Part shown: in pieces, positions 1-13,627 of the stretch
Layout of the letters: each line of letters opens with the position of its first letter
Position numbering within the stretch: the stretch's first letter is position 1
Position numbers and translations under genes: made by a program
Assembly: GCF_006345805.1 (NCBI RefSeq)
Contig: NC_042997.1
Location: 149,048,001 to 149,112,000, forward strand
Origin: Octopus sinensis
Taxonomy: Eukaryota
Direction of reading: 5' to 3'
Length of the DNA stretch: 64,000 bases
The notes under the pieces: generated by a model
What the model was told of the DNA's origin: nothing
Database searches by the model: none
The model's input: the letters and a program-made list of their open reading frames with translations, nothing else

Positions 1-1176
1 GTGTTTCATAGCTAACAGAGCATCGGGAGTTGTAATTATCCGTACGATGGGTTATTCTGTAGCCATTGGGCCAATGTGTAACTGGCAGATTACCCCTCAT
101 TTTCATAATTACTACTTCTGATGTTCTGCTAGCTATGAAAAATATGTAGCCAGGATTCCATCTAATCCATTCCCTAAGTTGGCTTTCTATTCGCATACCA
201 ATATCTGCTGCTAACCGTCTGCTATAAAGTAATATTTTCAGACTGTCCAAATTCTATACAGGAAAAACTTGCAACCTTCTACGTCAACAAGCCACTATTG
301 TTCCTGAAAGTTATTTTCTATACTTTCTGCGGACTACAGTATATTCCTTGGATCTTACCTTCGCTCTAACACTTTGATCTTACACGCACACACACACACA
401 TATATGACCACAGTCATATGACTGAAACAAGTAACAAATAAAAGAACATATATATCTGCATTCTTAAGTACACGACTGAATATATAGCGTACTTGTATCT
501 AAATTGTGTGTTATACTGAAATGTTAGCGTAGTTTCTCATATATTATATATATAACATGTTATTCCATGATGAAGATTCATAATAAGTATTTTATTACAG
601 ACAGATATATGCTAGATATATTGGCTAAAATTATACAGGGCGCTGCCTGAGTGTTAAAGTAATACGATTGCTTATTGTTCATTCACCTGTGTTCGTCTTC
701 TGTAAATTTTGAACTATATATATATGTATGCGTGTGCGTGCGTGTGTGTGCGCGTGTGTGTGTGTATGTGTGTGAGCAGTCCATTGATAGATTTTAGTTA
801 ATATATTGCATTACATTTGGAAGTTAGCATCTCTAAAAACCAAACACACGCACATAAACACACACACTTATACACTATGTGACTGAGAAGCCAACTTCTA
901 AACGCACTGACACGCCTCGCAATGGCCTTTGACTATTCAGCTGTTCTCTACTCTAAGCTAGATGTTGACATATTCGTATTTACTGCCCAATAAGAAATAT
1001 TTAGAAGGCTTGAATATTAAATGCCAATATCAATTCTAGCTCTACGTTTTATATTTTATGACCATATTAAATCCCTTATAAAAGATAAACTTTTAAGTTT
1101 TGTTCATTGAACCAGAACAAATGTCAATCTCATAATTTAGCATTGCAGAAAAGAAAGATGAAATATATTCTGATAT

Positions 1177-1341
1177 GGCATAGGAGTGTCTCAGTGGCAA
1201 GTACCTTGTTTACCAACCACATGGTTCCGGGTTCAGTCCCATTGCGTGGCACCTTGGGCAAGTCTCTTCTAATATAGCCTCGGGCCGACCAAAGCCTTGT
1301 GAGTGGATTTGGTAGACGGAAACTGAAAGAAGACCGTTGTG

Positions 1342-1405
<64 letters not shown>

Positions 1406-1678
1406 TGTGTGTGTGAGAGTGTGTGTGTGCGTGTGTATGTTGGTGTGTGTGTATGTTTGTGTGTGTGTGTGTGTGTGTGTTTGTGTGTCTGTGTTTGTCC
1501 CCCCAACATCACTTGACATCCGATGTTGGTGTGTTTACGTCCCCATAACTTAGCGGTTCGGCAAAAGAGACCGATAGAATAAGTACTAAGCTTACAAAGA
1601 ATAAATCCTGGAGCCGAACTGCTCGACTACAGGCGGTGCGCAGCATGGCCACAGTCAAGTGACTGAAACAAGCAAAGG
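1177..1678 (+). mobile_element. tRNA-derived SINE, family A (internal (TA)n/(TG)n microsatellite)
   Basis: B-box-like GGTTCAGTCCC near 1229-1239. Body and 3' end (...GGCGGTGCGCAGCATGGCCACAGTCAAGTGACTGAAAC) align by eye with copies at 8621 and 10235. Microsatellite at 1340-1490 lies at the same internal position as in the 10235 copy. Confidence 0.85.
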
Positions 1679-4371
1679 AGAAAACTAGTAAAAGAGTATA
1701 TGCTTCTATAGTAATATCATTGAAGGATGGTCGGTGACTATTCATACGCACATGCTACTAATGAATTGAAATATTGCCTCTAAAATTTAAATTCACTCCC
1801 ACAACATCTTTCAGAAGGAAGTTTACATTCTTTATACTTACTGCCGTTGATATATCACTTGAAGAAGAAATACAAATTCCAATATTGAACACCTGCATTG
1901 TTTTTACAAATAAATTGAGAAACGTTGTTGCACGTTACCTAATACAGATAAAACTACTCTATCACTTAATAAAATGAAAAATCTCTTATATGATATATTA
2001 GAGCTCTGCGATTGTCCAGGTTACAGTTATGTCATAAAAATATTTCGAAGGAAATGAATAAATGAAGAAGAAATTTAAGAGTGTTTTTGTGTTATTGCGT
2101 CTGATGTAGCGTTTACAGTGTGACAAATATGCATCTGTATATATAAATATATAAGTATTTATGTACGTACATATACGCATACATATAAATATATTGTCAT
2201 ACTCACATATATATATATATATTTATATGAATGTTTATGTATGTATATATATGTGTATGTACGTAATATATATATATACATAGTGAGAAAAAGAAAGAGA
2301 GAGAGAACGAGAGAAAGAGAGAAAAAGACTAAGGGGGAATATGTGTGTATGTTTCTATGTAAATTTATACATATAAAATTATATGAGTAGACATGAATAT
2401 GTATATATAAAAATGCCATAAATATTTAAAACGAAAGAAGATAATACATAAAGTGGCATTTTGTAATAGAAAAGCTAGGAATACGCCTCCTGAAAGATAC
2501 CACCAATATCATTGAGATTCAATAATGAGAAAACAATTGGTATGAGAAGTGACGGAATGCAACCTATGAAGTAAAACGGATGCCGGAGAATCCAAGAGAG
2601 AGAATATGAAAGAAAACTGAAGATGAAATGAATAACCAAAGAGAAAATGAAAGAAAATTGGAATGCTTCAAAGAAAGAAATCAAAGAATAATAGTGAAGC
2701 AAAGAAAAAAAAAGACTGTTACAATAAAATTATATATGATAGAGAAGGAAAATACACTCCGCAAAAAATTCCAGAATGGAAGATTGAATGAAAGAAAGAA
2801 TACTTATATGAATGTAAAAAGAAATCACAAGAATAGATTTGAGCCGCTTTTGCAAAATGATTGCAATAAGCACATCGCGACATAACAATATATGGTTTAG
2901 AGGGAGAAGTGTTAAAATATCTGTATAAATGCAAGTACCAGGTTATGCTGAGATAATGCTGGAATCAATACATAACTCGTATAGGTTGTAAAATTGAAGA
3001 GTTCGAGGATTAAATGGAAAAGAACAAAGAACACCTATTCTGTAAAAGTATTTTCTATTCTGAATTTGTTAGCAGTTCAGCGGAAAACAAAAACCAAAGG
3101 AAATATTTAATCTCATATTGAGCCGTTGTTAGAAAAAAAGGGTTTGTAACAGCAATAAAGATTATGATAAGCATCTTTGATATTTTACGTTCTTTTCATT
3201 GTTTTAAACCTAGGTTTCTATTTTTTTAGTTTACTTGTTTCTGAATTATTAAAACAAACGATAATTATAATTTCTAAGAAAGTTTAAATACGTATACTTG
3301 TGAATAATAAAATAATTCTTTTTTTTTTCTTTTTGTTTCTCAAGATGAAGATGCTCCACCAGAACATCTTACATGATAACCCCGTATAAAGGAATGATAA
3401 TTTAGGTCGATGATTTAAATGAAAATGGTCGAAATTACATATAAAGAGAATGAAGGAAACGATTTTATACATAGATTGTTCGTATTATTTTAGTAGTACT
3501 TTTGCTGCGACGTATACAAATAGAATGTATTGGAAGTTACATATTAGGTATTGTGATCAGTCGAGTACGAATACGAGTGGACAGGGCAATTATGATATAC
3601 GAAAAGCAAACTTCTGTTTGGCTGTCGTTGAAATGAAATATATTGATAGCTTTCAATACTCTTCTAAATATATTACTAGAAAGGTCTGGAAACAATAGAT
3701 TAGAAGGGAAAGCTATAGAAAGTATAAATGAGAGTTAGATATGTTGGCACCATACATTCATAATGATGGAATAATGTATCTGACATTTTATTTCTTAGCA
3801 GAGGGGTTAAGATTGCAAAAGCCGTATCATTTATATGCATATGAGTATAAAATACTATTTTATCTATATATACGTGGCTATGTTAGTATGCGTGTGATTT
3901 ATTTATGGTGGGATTGATATGGGAATGTGCGTAAGGATGAATTCATTTATGATATATATCTGAAGGCTTAGAAAGAATTCAGCTGCGTGATATTTCGATG
4001 AGACGTTAATAGCTTTCGAGGTTTCAGAACATGTTGTGACCTCGGTCATCCATATATTACGCTAGATGCGAGTTATCATTATTACTGAAGTATTTTGTGT
4101 TTGGCACAAGGACACACATTTCGAATGTCCCTATAGTGATGACGTCAGATGGATCTAAACTTGTAATATTTAGGTATAATAAAATACGCATAGGAGTCTT
4201 CTTTAGCCTATTTTTTCTTCCATTTCAGACAATAATTTTCGTTATGCTATCACAAATTTTGTATTGTACAACTTTTCATAATTTGTTCGACCTGTTCTCT
4301 AATACTATATTTCCTTCACAAATATCTCCCCTATACACACACACACACGCACACACACACACACACACACA

Positions 4372-4414
<43 letters not shown>

Positions 4415-4489
4415 AATTTTACATCAATCTGATGGCTTACTCCATACTTTTAGAGTACACATTTATTATTCATTAACATGAATGGTACC

Positions 4490-4747
<258 letters not shown>

Positions 4748-5862
4748 TGCGCTGCAACAACACTTCCCTGCATCCACCATCCGATCGTGATTCTCGACGT
4801 CTGGCCGACGACATCGTTGCACACACAGGCAATATCCATCCCAAAAAATATTGACTTTGACAATGACGTTGCTGTGAGGTTTTCATGAGAGCAAATCCTA
4901 CTTTTCCGGAGTGCAAATCCTACTTCCAGAATAAATGATAGGCCTATTCTTTGACACGGCGTTCCCTACACAGCGCATTGTGTCTAAGCATGGCCAAAAA
5001 GGTAACAAACTAGAAGATGGAGGGAGCTTACAGAATGTGGTTTCTCAAGGCAGAAAATAACAACTGAGTGTGTGTGTGAATGTATGTGTGCTTGTGTGTG
5101 ATATATATATGTGTGATACGTATTTGTGTGTGCGCGTGTGTGTGTACGAATAGTGTTGCGATTAGCTTGTTTGTATATTTGGGAGTACTGCGTGGGATGG
5201 TTATGTTAATGTGTGTGTGTACGTGTGAGAGTGGATCAATAGGTTAGTAGCAGAGAGTGTAGCAAGAGCAGAATATGGAGTCGTGTGACTGGGAGGTGTG
5301 TATGTGTGTGTACGTATGTGATACTTTGTGTTTACGTATATGTTTGTGTGTGTGTGTGCATACGAATGTGTGTTTATGTGTTGTTTGTATGCATGTGCGT
5401 ATGTACGTATGCGTTTACGTGAGTGTACGTATGAATACTTGTGTAATAGCATGTGTGTCGGTGCATGTGAGGAGTTATTTTCTATGTGCTTTTAAACATA
5501 TGTAAATATATGTGTACGTGCGTGTGTGTGTGTGTGCATTAGAAGTGTATGTGACCTTGGATGGTGGATGTAAGTGAAGAGAGACGAAGAGAAAGACGAG
5601 AAAAGAGAATGAGATTTGTGAGATGGATGCTGGAAGTTTTTACGAAAAGTAGCAGTTACAAGGAGACGGGTGTGTTAAATGCAAACGGCGTATGAGTTCG
5701 TAATAATAAAGTGTACCGTTGCTCCGTAGGACGACTGGTCGTGCAAGGTCCATCGTGTAAGTCAGTGAGGGTTTGGACGGAGTAGGTATTTGAGACAACG
5801 GAGAGGCAACGGAAGTATTTTTCTTGAGGCACGTGTTTTAAACCTCTCGGCTGGACAGTTTT

Positions 5863-5935
5863 ATACATACATACATACATACATACATACATACATACAT
5901 ACATACATACATAAATACATACGTACGTACATACA

Positions 5936-5966
<31 letters not shown>

Positions 5967-5985
5967 GTACGTACGTACGTACGTA
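5863..5985. repeat. (TACA)n/(TACG)n microsatellite
   Basis: Directly visible. Confidence 0.95.
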
Positions 5986-6241
5986 CGTGTAAACATACAA
6001 GAATTTTTTCAACCAAGTAGACCAAATCTAAATCCCTTCAGTTAATCACTACATGTTATTCTCATTTCAGTCAACGATGGCTTATCTGGCCTAATCTCCG
6101 AAGTCCGTGTCAAATACATTCTTGTATAAGTATAAAATACATTAGAAACATATGTGTGTATTTGTGTGTATTTGTATGTGTGCGTAATTGTGTGTGTGGT
6201 ATGAATGAGTGAATATGCGTATGTATGCATGTATATATATA

Positions 6242-6285
<44 letters not shown>

Positions 6286-6508
6286 TCAATATAGGGTGGT
6301 GAAAAAAATTTTGTAGAATTCCTTTTGCCACCAGCGGCCTAGTGGGAAAAAATTAAATAGTCATAGACCATTTTTAAGTTCAACATCAACAATCAAGGAA
6401 CGGCCATAATAGGCCATTCACCCACTAGAAATAACAGCCAAAGCTTCAACCGCAAATAAAGATCAATTCCGTAAACAGGAGAAAATTTAAAAAAACATTT
6501 ACCCTGTA

Positions 6509-6615
6509 ATTTCTTGTACGATGCACCGTTTCATCTGCTGTTTAATGGTAAACTAACCTGATTAAATTAAATCAAGCCAATCTTCCATAGGCCCTCAGAT
6601 TCTTCAGCAAGAAAT
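6509..6615 (-). ncRNA. Type I hammerhead ribozyme, copy 1
   Basis: Minus strand: AUUUCUUG-CUGAAGA-AUCUG...CAGAU-GAAA-CGGUGCAUCG-U-A/CAAGAAAU. 8-bp perfect stem I, intact CUGANGA and GAAA core, 5-bp closing stem II, loopless self-complementary stem III, GUA cleavage triplet (cut between 6517 and 6516). Confidence 0.85.
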
Positions 6616-6998
6616 AGCCAAGTCGGAACAGATATTTTCACGAGGCATTTCCGACACTGCCAAGGCAATATCTGACCTAAAATTTTCAAATCGTCGCACT
6701 CGCGCCAAATTTATCGGCAGCAAATAAATATAAGCCGTCGATTCCATTACGGAATTAACCAGAAAATTCATAATTAATCAATATAGGGTGGTGAAAAAAA
6801 TTTTGTAGAATTCCTTTTGCCACCAGCGCCTAGTGGGAAAAAATTAAATAGTCATAGACCATTTTTAAGTTCAACATCAACAATCAAGGAACGGCCATAA
6901 TAGGCCATTCACCCACTAGAAATAACAGCCAAGCTTCAACCGCAAATAAAGATCAATTCCGTAAACAGGAGAAAATTTAAAAAAACATTTACCCTGTA

Positions 6999-7104
6999 AT
7001 TTCTTGTACGATGCACCGTTTCGTCTGCTGTTTAATGGTAAACTAACCTGATTAAATTAAATCAAGCCATCTTCCATAGGCCCTCAGATTCTTCAGCAAG
7101 AAAT
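6999..7104 (-). ncRNA. Type I hammerhead ribozyme, copy 2
   Basis: Same motif with its cleavage site 490 nt from that of copy 1; CAGAC instead of CAGAU before GAAA; cut between 7007 and 7006. Confidence 0.85.
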
Positions 7105-7843
7105 AGCCAAGTCGGAACAGATATTTTCACGAGGCATTTCCGACACTGCCAAGGCAATATCTGACCTAAAATTTTCAAATCGTCGCACTCGCGCCAAATT
7201 TATCGGCAGCAAATAAATATAAGCCGTCGATTCCATTACGGAATTAACCAGAAAATTCATAATTAATCAATATAGGGTGGTGAAAAAAATTTTGTAGAAT
7301 TCCTTTTGCCACCAGCGGCATAGTGGGAAAAAATTAAATAGTCATAGACCATTTTTAAGTTCAACATCAACAATCAAGGAACGGCCATATATATATATGA
7401 GACAATGTGCTTGATCTTTCACAAAGAAAGAGAAGAGATTTACAAGATAGTCATTGATGAAAGTGACTTTGTATACACATGAGACGAATGTGCTTCCTTT
7501 AAAATGTGGGTTTTAACGTTGAAAATGAGATTACATACAACAAGTTTAAATTTATGCGCGTTTGAGAAGGGAAAAGAAAGCTCAATGTAATTCATAATTT
7601 TGACGAAAATAGAAATCTCATTCCTAAATAACAGTATGTGAATCACTAAAAGACCGATTTGCACATTCAAAATAAAGTGAGGATAACATTTAGGGATTAG
7701 CTGAAGTGATGTAGTGTTAGGTGATACTGACATGGGTATTTTATAATAGATTTCAGGTCATCCAACGTAATTCCGTAGAGTGGGGTAAAAGTGGATGAAA
7801 CAAACAGCGTCTGTCTATGTATGTATGTATGTATGTATGTATA

Positions 7844-7877
<34 letters not shown>

Positions 7878-7947
7878 CACTCATATGTTTGTGTTTACGA
7901 GTGTATGTGCATATATATACATATATGTGTGTGTGTATATGTATATC

Positions 7948-8011
<64 letters not shown>

Positions 8012-8423
8012 TGTGCATACAATGTAATTAGATTTTATTGACTTAGGTACTTAAATTGAGGCACCTTCCGAGATGTAATTTCAGATTTTTTGAAGACTAT
8101 ATTCTCTGTATTGTCTCCGATGGGTAGATAATGGGGTCAATACCGTCATTCATCCCCACCCACTCTGGTCTACGCTAATTTCTGGTTTGTTTTCTCGCTG
8201 TACTGTCATTTCTTTCATTCTGCCAAAACATTTACCAGCGAAAACATTGTAAATATTTACTCTCTATTGATATGAATATGTTTAAATATCTAGCTTGTCC
8301 TTTAACCTTGAAGTTTATGCGGTCATCTTATGAGAGCAATTTTATTTGAAATGATGGTATGCTTTTATTGATCAGTTAAAGGAATCTTTCTAAACGGCTG
8401 CATTGTGTCGAAACGTTGTTACT

Positions 8424-8497
<74 letters not shown>

Positions 8498-8536
8498 GTA
8501 CACATATATATGTATGTATATATACATACATACACG

Positions 8537-8584
<48 letters not shown>

Positions 8585-8620
8585 GTATATATATAAGCAG
8601 ACGCACACATATGTATATTG

Positions 8621-9017
8621 TAGGCGTGCTTGTGTGGTAAAAAGCTACCTTTCCAGTCACATAGTACCGGATTCAGGCCCAATGCATTGCACCTTCGGCA
8701 ATTGTCTTCTATAAAAGCCTCGGACTGCCCAATGCTTTCTCTGAGAATTTGTTTAACGGAAAGTGAAAAAATTCCCGTCGTATACACAGGTCTAAGTGTG
8801 TGTCAGTGAGTCTGTGTATATCCCCCGCCGTCTACTAGCAACTGGTGTTCATGTGTTTATGTCTTGTAATCAAACAGTTCGGAAACAGACACGATAGAAC
8901 TTTTCCAGCTTGAAAAATAATAATATGAGTATACTGGGATCGATTTATTTGACTAAAAGTTCTGCAGGGCAGTGCCTCAACAAGGTCGCAATCTAATGAC
9001 TGAATCAAGCAAAGGGA
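8621..9017 (+). mobile_element. SINE family A, older degenerate copy
   Basis: Colinear by-eye similarity to 1177-1678 and 10235-10652 (GCACCTTCGGCAATTGTCTTCTATA..., ...ATGACTGAATCAAGCAAAG). Confidence 0.7.
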
Positions 9018-10196
9018 TATTCCTTAATATGAGATCAGGACGCCCACATATGTTTGTTTTAACGGACTTTTCCAATATTCCCTATTTCTTCTTCTCTGAA
9101 GATGTAGTGTTTGACCTTTTTATGGAAATTTTTGCCCGATGAAATATGCACCATATGCACAGCTATTCTAGAAACAACTGTATGTGGAATTGTGCACAAT
9201 TTCTTAATCCTTTATTTACTCTAAAATCTCTGCAATTACGTCTAAATTATAAATATGCTCCAACGCGATACTATATTTTCCGCCGGTTCATTTTTCTTTC
9301 TAATGTATATCTACTCTCTCAGTTATTAACAAATGACCACCAATCGTTGCTCAATAGCGCATATTTCTATACACAAATGCATACACATGTATGTAAACAA
9401 TAATGTTTGGCAATTATATATGTACGTATGTTTATGTTTATACATATGTACATAAGCACACACACTTGCTTGCGCGCGTATATACATATGAGTAAATATT
9501 TATACGCACACATTCATATATATTTGAGAATAGGTATATATCGACTCCTGATGGATCCTTATATATCTGAAGTCATAAAGGAAAAAACACATCAGTCAGA
9601 GAACGCAAATGTCACGTGTATTGTTTGGAGAATCGATGTGCAATTAGTCTCAAACAGCTAAAGGTTTCTCAACCAAGCAGTATTTCTTTAAACACGATTA
9701 CACTTAACCTTGTAGCCTTGATGGTTCATATATATGACATTTGGTTTCCCGCTCCATCAAAATATTTCCAAAACATATGTATGTAAAAAAAATAAGAAGT
9801 TTGTGTACATTCTTTCTTAAATATTTCCATATTTTTTTCCTCTCTAACACACATGAAAACAAACTCTGCCCGATTTCGAAATGAACTAAATGAAGCATGT
9901 ATTACTGAACACGAGATCACTACGTTCGAAACGCTATTAGCCTAATTGGCTTTAATCTTCCGGTTGAAGCGATTGGTAGATCATCGAATAAAATGTCACA
10001 TTTTTTTCTCCATACTTTGTTGTATTTTTGATTTTTTATTTTACTTTTTGCTGAAAAAAAGGTATTTGCGGCCAAAAGAAGAAATTATGACATTTAGAAA
10101 CTAGTCTAGTAATGTCAGTCGAAGCTTGATGTTGAATTCTTTGCGTGTGTATTTATAGTATTCTTTATGCAGGTGTGTGTGAATATGTAAATATAT

Positions 10197-10234
<38 letters not shown>

Positions 10235-10398
10235 GAAGGGTGTACGTGGTAAGTAGCTTGCTTACCTACCACATGCTTCCGGGTTCAGTCCCACTGAGTG
10301 GAAATTTAGGCATGTGTCTTCTACTATACCCTCGGTCGACCAAAGCCTTGTGAGTGAATTTGGTAGAGGGAAACTGAAAGAAGCCCGTCGTATATGTA

Positions 10399-10446
<48 letters not shown>

Positions 10447-10652
10447 GGGGGGGGTTGTGTGTCTGTGTTTGTCCGCCATTATCGCTTGACAACCGATGCT
10501 GGTCTGTTTACGTCGACGTAACTTAGCGGTTCGGCAAAACAGACCGATAGAATAAGTACTAGGCTTACAAAGAATAAGTCCTGGGGTCGATTTGCACGAC
10601 TGAAAGGCGGTGCTCCAGCATGGCCAAAGTTAAATAACTGAAACGAGTAAAA
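10235..10652 (+). mobile_element. SINE family A
   Basis: GGTTCAGTCCC B-box-like motif; CGACCAAAGCCTTGTGAGTG and TAACTTAGCGGTTCGGCAAAA blocks shared with the 1177 copy; internal (TA)n. Confidence 0.85.
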
Positions 10653-11264
10653 AAAATATGTATACATATACATGCATGCGCATGTTTTTACATTTATACA
10701 TAAGTACATATAATTATATATTCATATAAAAGTATAACTGCGTTTGTATGTGCTCATAGGTATACACACAAATGTATATGCGTATAAATAGACTGAGACT
10801 TAAACATTAGATATATATTATAATATAAAAACATGAAATATATTGGAACCGCTTTTTAGTCCAAATATTGCATTTTATATATTGGATGTGGGTTTCTTTT
10901 AAAGTATGCTATTATATTACATGCATTATATTTTGTCAAAGAGCTAATTTGTTAAATAAAGCCTGATACATATTCTATCAGCCACGTATCCCGAGTCTCT
11001 CAGTTAAGGGGCTGTAAACAAACTATCACTTGTTGTCAAGCGGTTAAACCTAACTAACGACAGGAAACATAGATTGGGGTAGGGACATTAAAATTCTTCA
11101 TTCACCAAATGGCACATCAGAGTACGTTTCATATAATGTAGGCGTAGCAAAATGAACGGTGGTGCCCCAGCATGACCGCAGCCTTCAAGCTCAAACTAGG
11201 TATAGATTGAAGGTTAAAGATTGTTGGTACAAACTCAGACACACACATAACGTGGTGCCCGTCC

Positions 11265-11345
11265 ATCTGTCTGTCTGTTTATCTATCTATCTATCTATCT
11301 ATCTTACTATCTATCTAACTATCTATCTTTCTATCTATCTATCTG

Positions 11346-11378
<33 letters not shown>

Positions 11379-11702
11379 TTATCTATCTATCTGTCTGTCT
11401 CCTGTCTGTCCGTCCGTCCATGCGTCCGTCAGTCCATCCGTCTGTCCGTCCGTCCGTCCGTCTGTCTGACTCACTGTCTGTCTGTCTATATTATATATTT
11501 TAATATAATTTTAATATAATTTTATATATATAATATATTATTAAAAAGTTGGATTGATTAGACCTACCAGTGAAGTCATTCTTTTACTTTATCAAATATA
11601 TATATATACATACATACATACATTCATACATACATATATATATATATATATTATTTATGTGAAAATCGTTCCGCTTGTGTTACAATCTGTCTCTCTATCT
11701 TA

Positions 11703-11762
<60 letters not shown>

Positions 11763-11776
11763 ATATATATATATAT

Positions 11777-11808
<32 letters not shown>

Positions 11809-12005
11809 CTGTCTGTCTATCTCACTGTCTGTCCATCTATATATCTTTGTATCTATCTATGTATCTATCTGTCTGTCTTTCTATCTACGTATGTATCTAC
11901 CTATCTATATATTATGCCTCTCTTTCTCTCTCTTTATATATATATATATATATATATATTTCAAGAGAGAGTGAAAGAGAGAGAGAGAGAGAGAGTTTGA
12001 GAGAG
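11265..12005. repeat. Mixed (TATC)n/(TCCG)n/(TA)n/(GA)n microsatellite block
   Basis: Directly visible. Confidence 0.9.
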
Positions 12006-13358
12006 ATGGATATAGATATCTTATATTTTTTTCCACAAAACGTTCAATATACTTCGAACGTCTTTTTAGATTTTGTTATTTTTTTCGCTGACAGATGGAG
12101 GAAAAATGCTCTTAGCTTGAATGCTCCAGATATTCAGTCATGTTGAAGTAAGAATATACATTGAAAGTTCCAGATGAAATAAAAAAAATAGAAAAAGAGA
12201 AACAAGCAAAACAATGTTGAGAGGTGAATGTTGTCAAAGCTGTGTACGTGAAGGTATGGCATGGCTGGAATGTTTTTTCCAGCAATTGCTTGCGTTCAGT
12301 CTTTAGTTTATAGTTGTTAGCTATGGTTATTTAAGCAAAGTTAATGTATCTTAAAGCTATAAAGGCGAACACTCTAATCTACCCAACCATATGTATTTAT
12401 CAAACATCTTGACAGTGACTCAGAAAAAAAATCTGACTGGAGCGACCTACTGAATTGACAAGCCTCTTAATTAAGGAATATTTGAAACATAAGTAAGAAT
12501 GTGAGAAATAACAAGAATTTCCTTTTAAACCACGAACAAATGTTTTTTTTGCTGAGAGGAATTTTCAGACCATTATAATAGAACTTACATAGTTGGGGAA
12601 CTTCCAAGGAAGAATCAATAAGCGGCGTTTAATTGTAAAACGCGTATATACAATGCAAAACAGAATTTTTTTTTTCTTATTACTAAACACAGAAAAATAA
12701 TAAATATAAAATTTTGCGCATCCTTGAATTTTTGCGTCATCTGAAGAAGTATGTAAATATACACTGAACTTTTTCTTGGCTGTTGAAATATATGGAATGC
12801 AAAACAAATTGCAACAAAAAAGCACTACAGTTTGTTTAAGTTACAGTATTTGATGAGAAGATTTTCTGAGATGTCTATTACTGGTATGTCTAGCTGGAAT
12901 GTTGACAAATGTTACAAATGTTTCAAACGAAAATAAGTCGCTCATCAACACTTAATTTTCTTACGTTGTTTTTCCATGTTGAAGTTGTGTGAGAGTTTGT
13001 TAGTCTGTCATGTTTTGTAAAAGCCTCGGTAAATTTATTTATTTATCCTTTTCTAACATGTACAGGAAGTGTAAAGTACATGTAATCGATTAAGGATATT
13101 TATGTAACATGGTATATCGATACCCGGAGGGATAAAAATTGAATTTGACGCCAGTGCTAATTGAAATCCCAAGACTTTGGCACCGAATGAATTATATTTT
13201 AAGAAAATGTCTGGTTTTCATTTGTTCAGGGTATATACATCATTTAAAATCTACAGACACATATACACATACACACACAAATACAGAGGCAAACTCATAT
13301 CTTCACAGAACACGCAGACATGCACAGGCTAAAAAACACGCACACATACACACAAGTT

Positions 13359-13390
<32 letters not shown>

Positions 13391-13422
13391 CACACACACG
13401 AACACGCATACACACACACACA

Positions 13423-13453
<31 letters not shown>

Positions 13454-13582
13454 TATAAAACTAATGTTCATATTTCGAAAGCACAGAAGTATTGGATTAC
13501 AAAATTCATTCCGATGTAATTTGAAAGTTTTCAGTAATTACTTTGTGCTTTAGTCTGTTACTCTTTATATGGCTGTAGATGA

Positions 13583-13627
<45 letters not shown>

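Larger units (their letters stand above)
6281..7388 (-). mobile_element. Tandem array of ~490-bp hammerhead-bearing units (2.25 copies), retrozyme / non-autonomous Penelope-like element
   Basis: Units start with AATTAATCAATATAGGGTGGTG at 6281, 6772 and 7261. Copies differ by only a few single bases. (TA)n flanks both sides. One HHR per complete unit; no ORF. Confidence 0.85.

Noticed and set aside
1-330. 84-codon open minus frame running off the window, and a PISLLTVCYK-like RT echo on the plus strand
   Set aside because: Open length is within chance expectation; the RT similarity needs a frameshift and is too short.
6622-6674. HDV-like ribozyme reading of the pseudoknot
   Set aside because: No P1.1, P4 or catalytic-C junction on either strand.
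6281-7388. CRISPR-like or LTR-retrotransposon interpretation of the array
   Set aside because: Units repeat in full with no unique spacers; no PBS, PPT, TG...CA ends or ORF seen.
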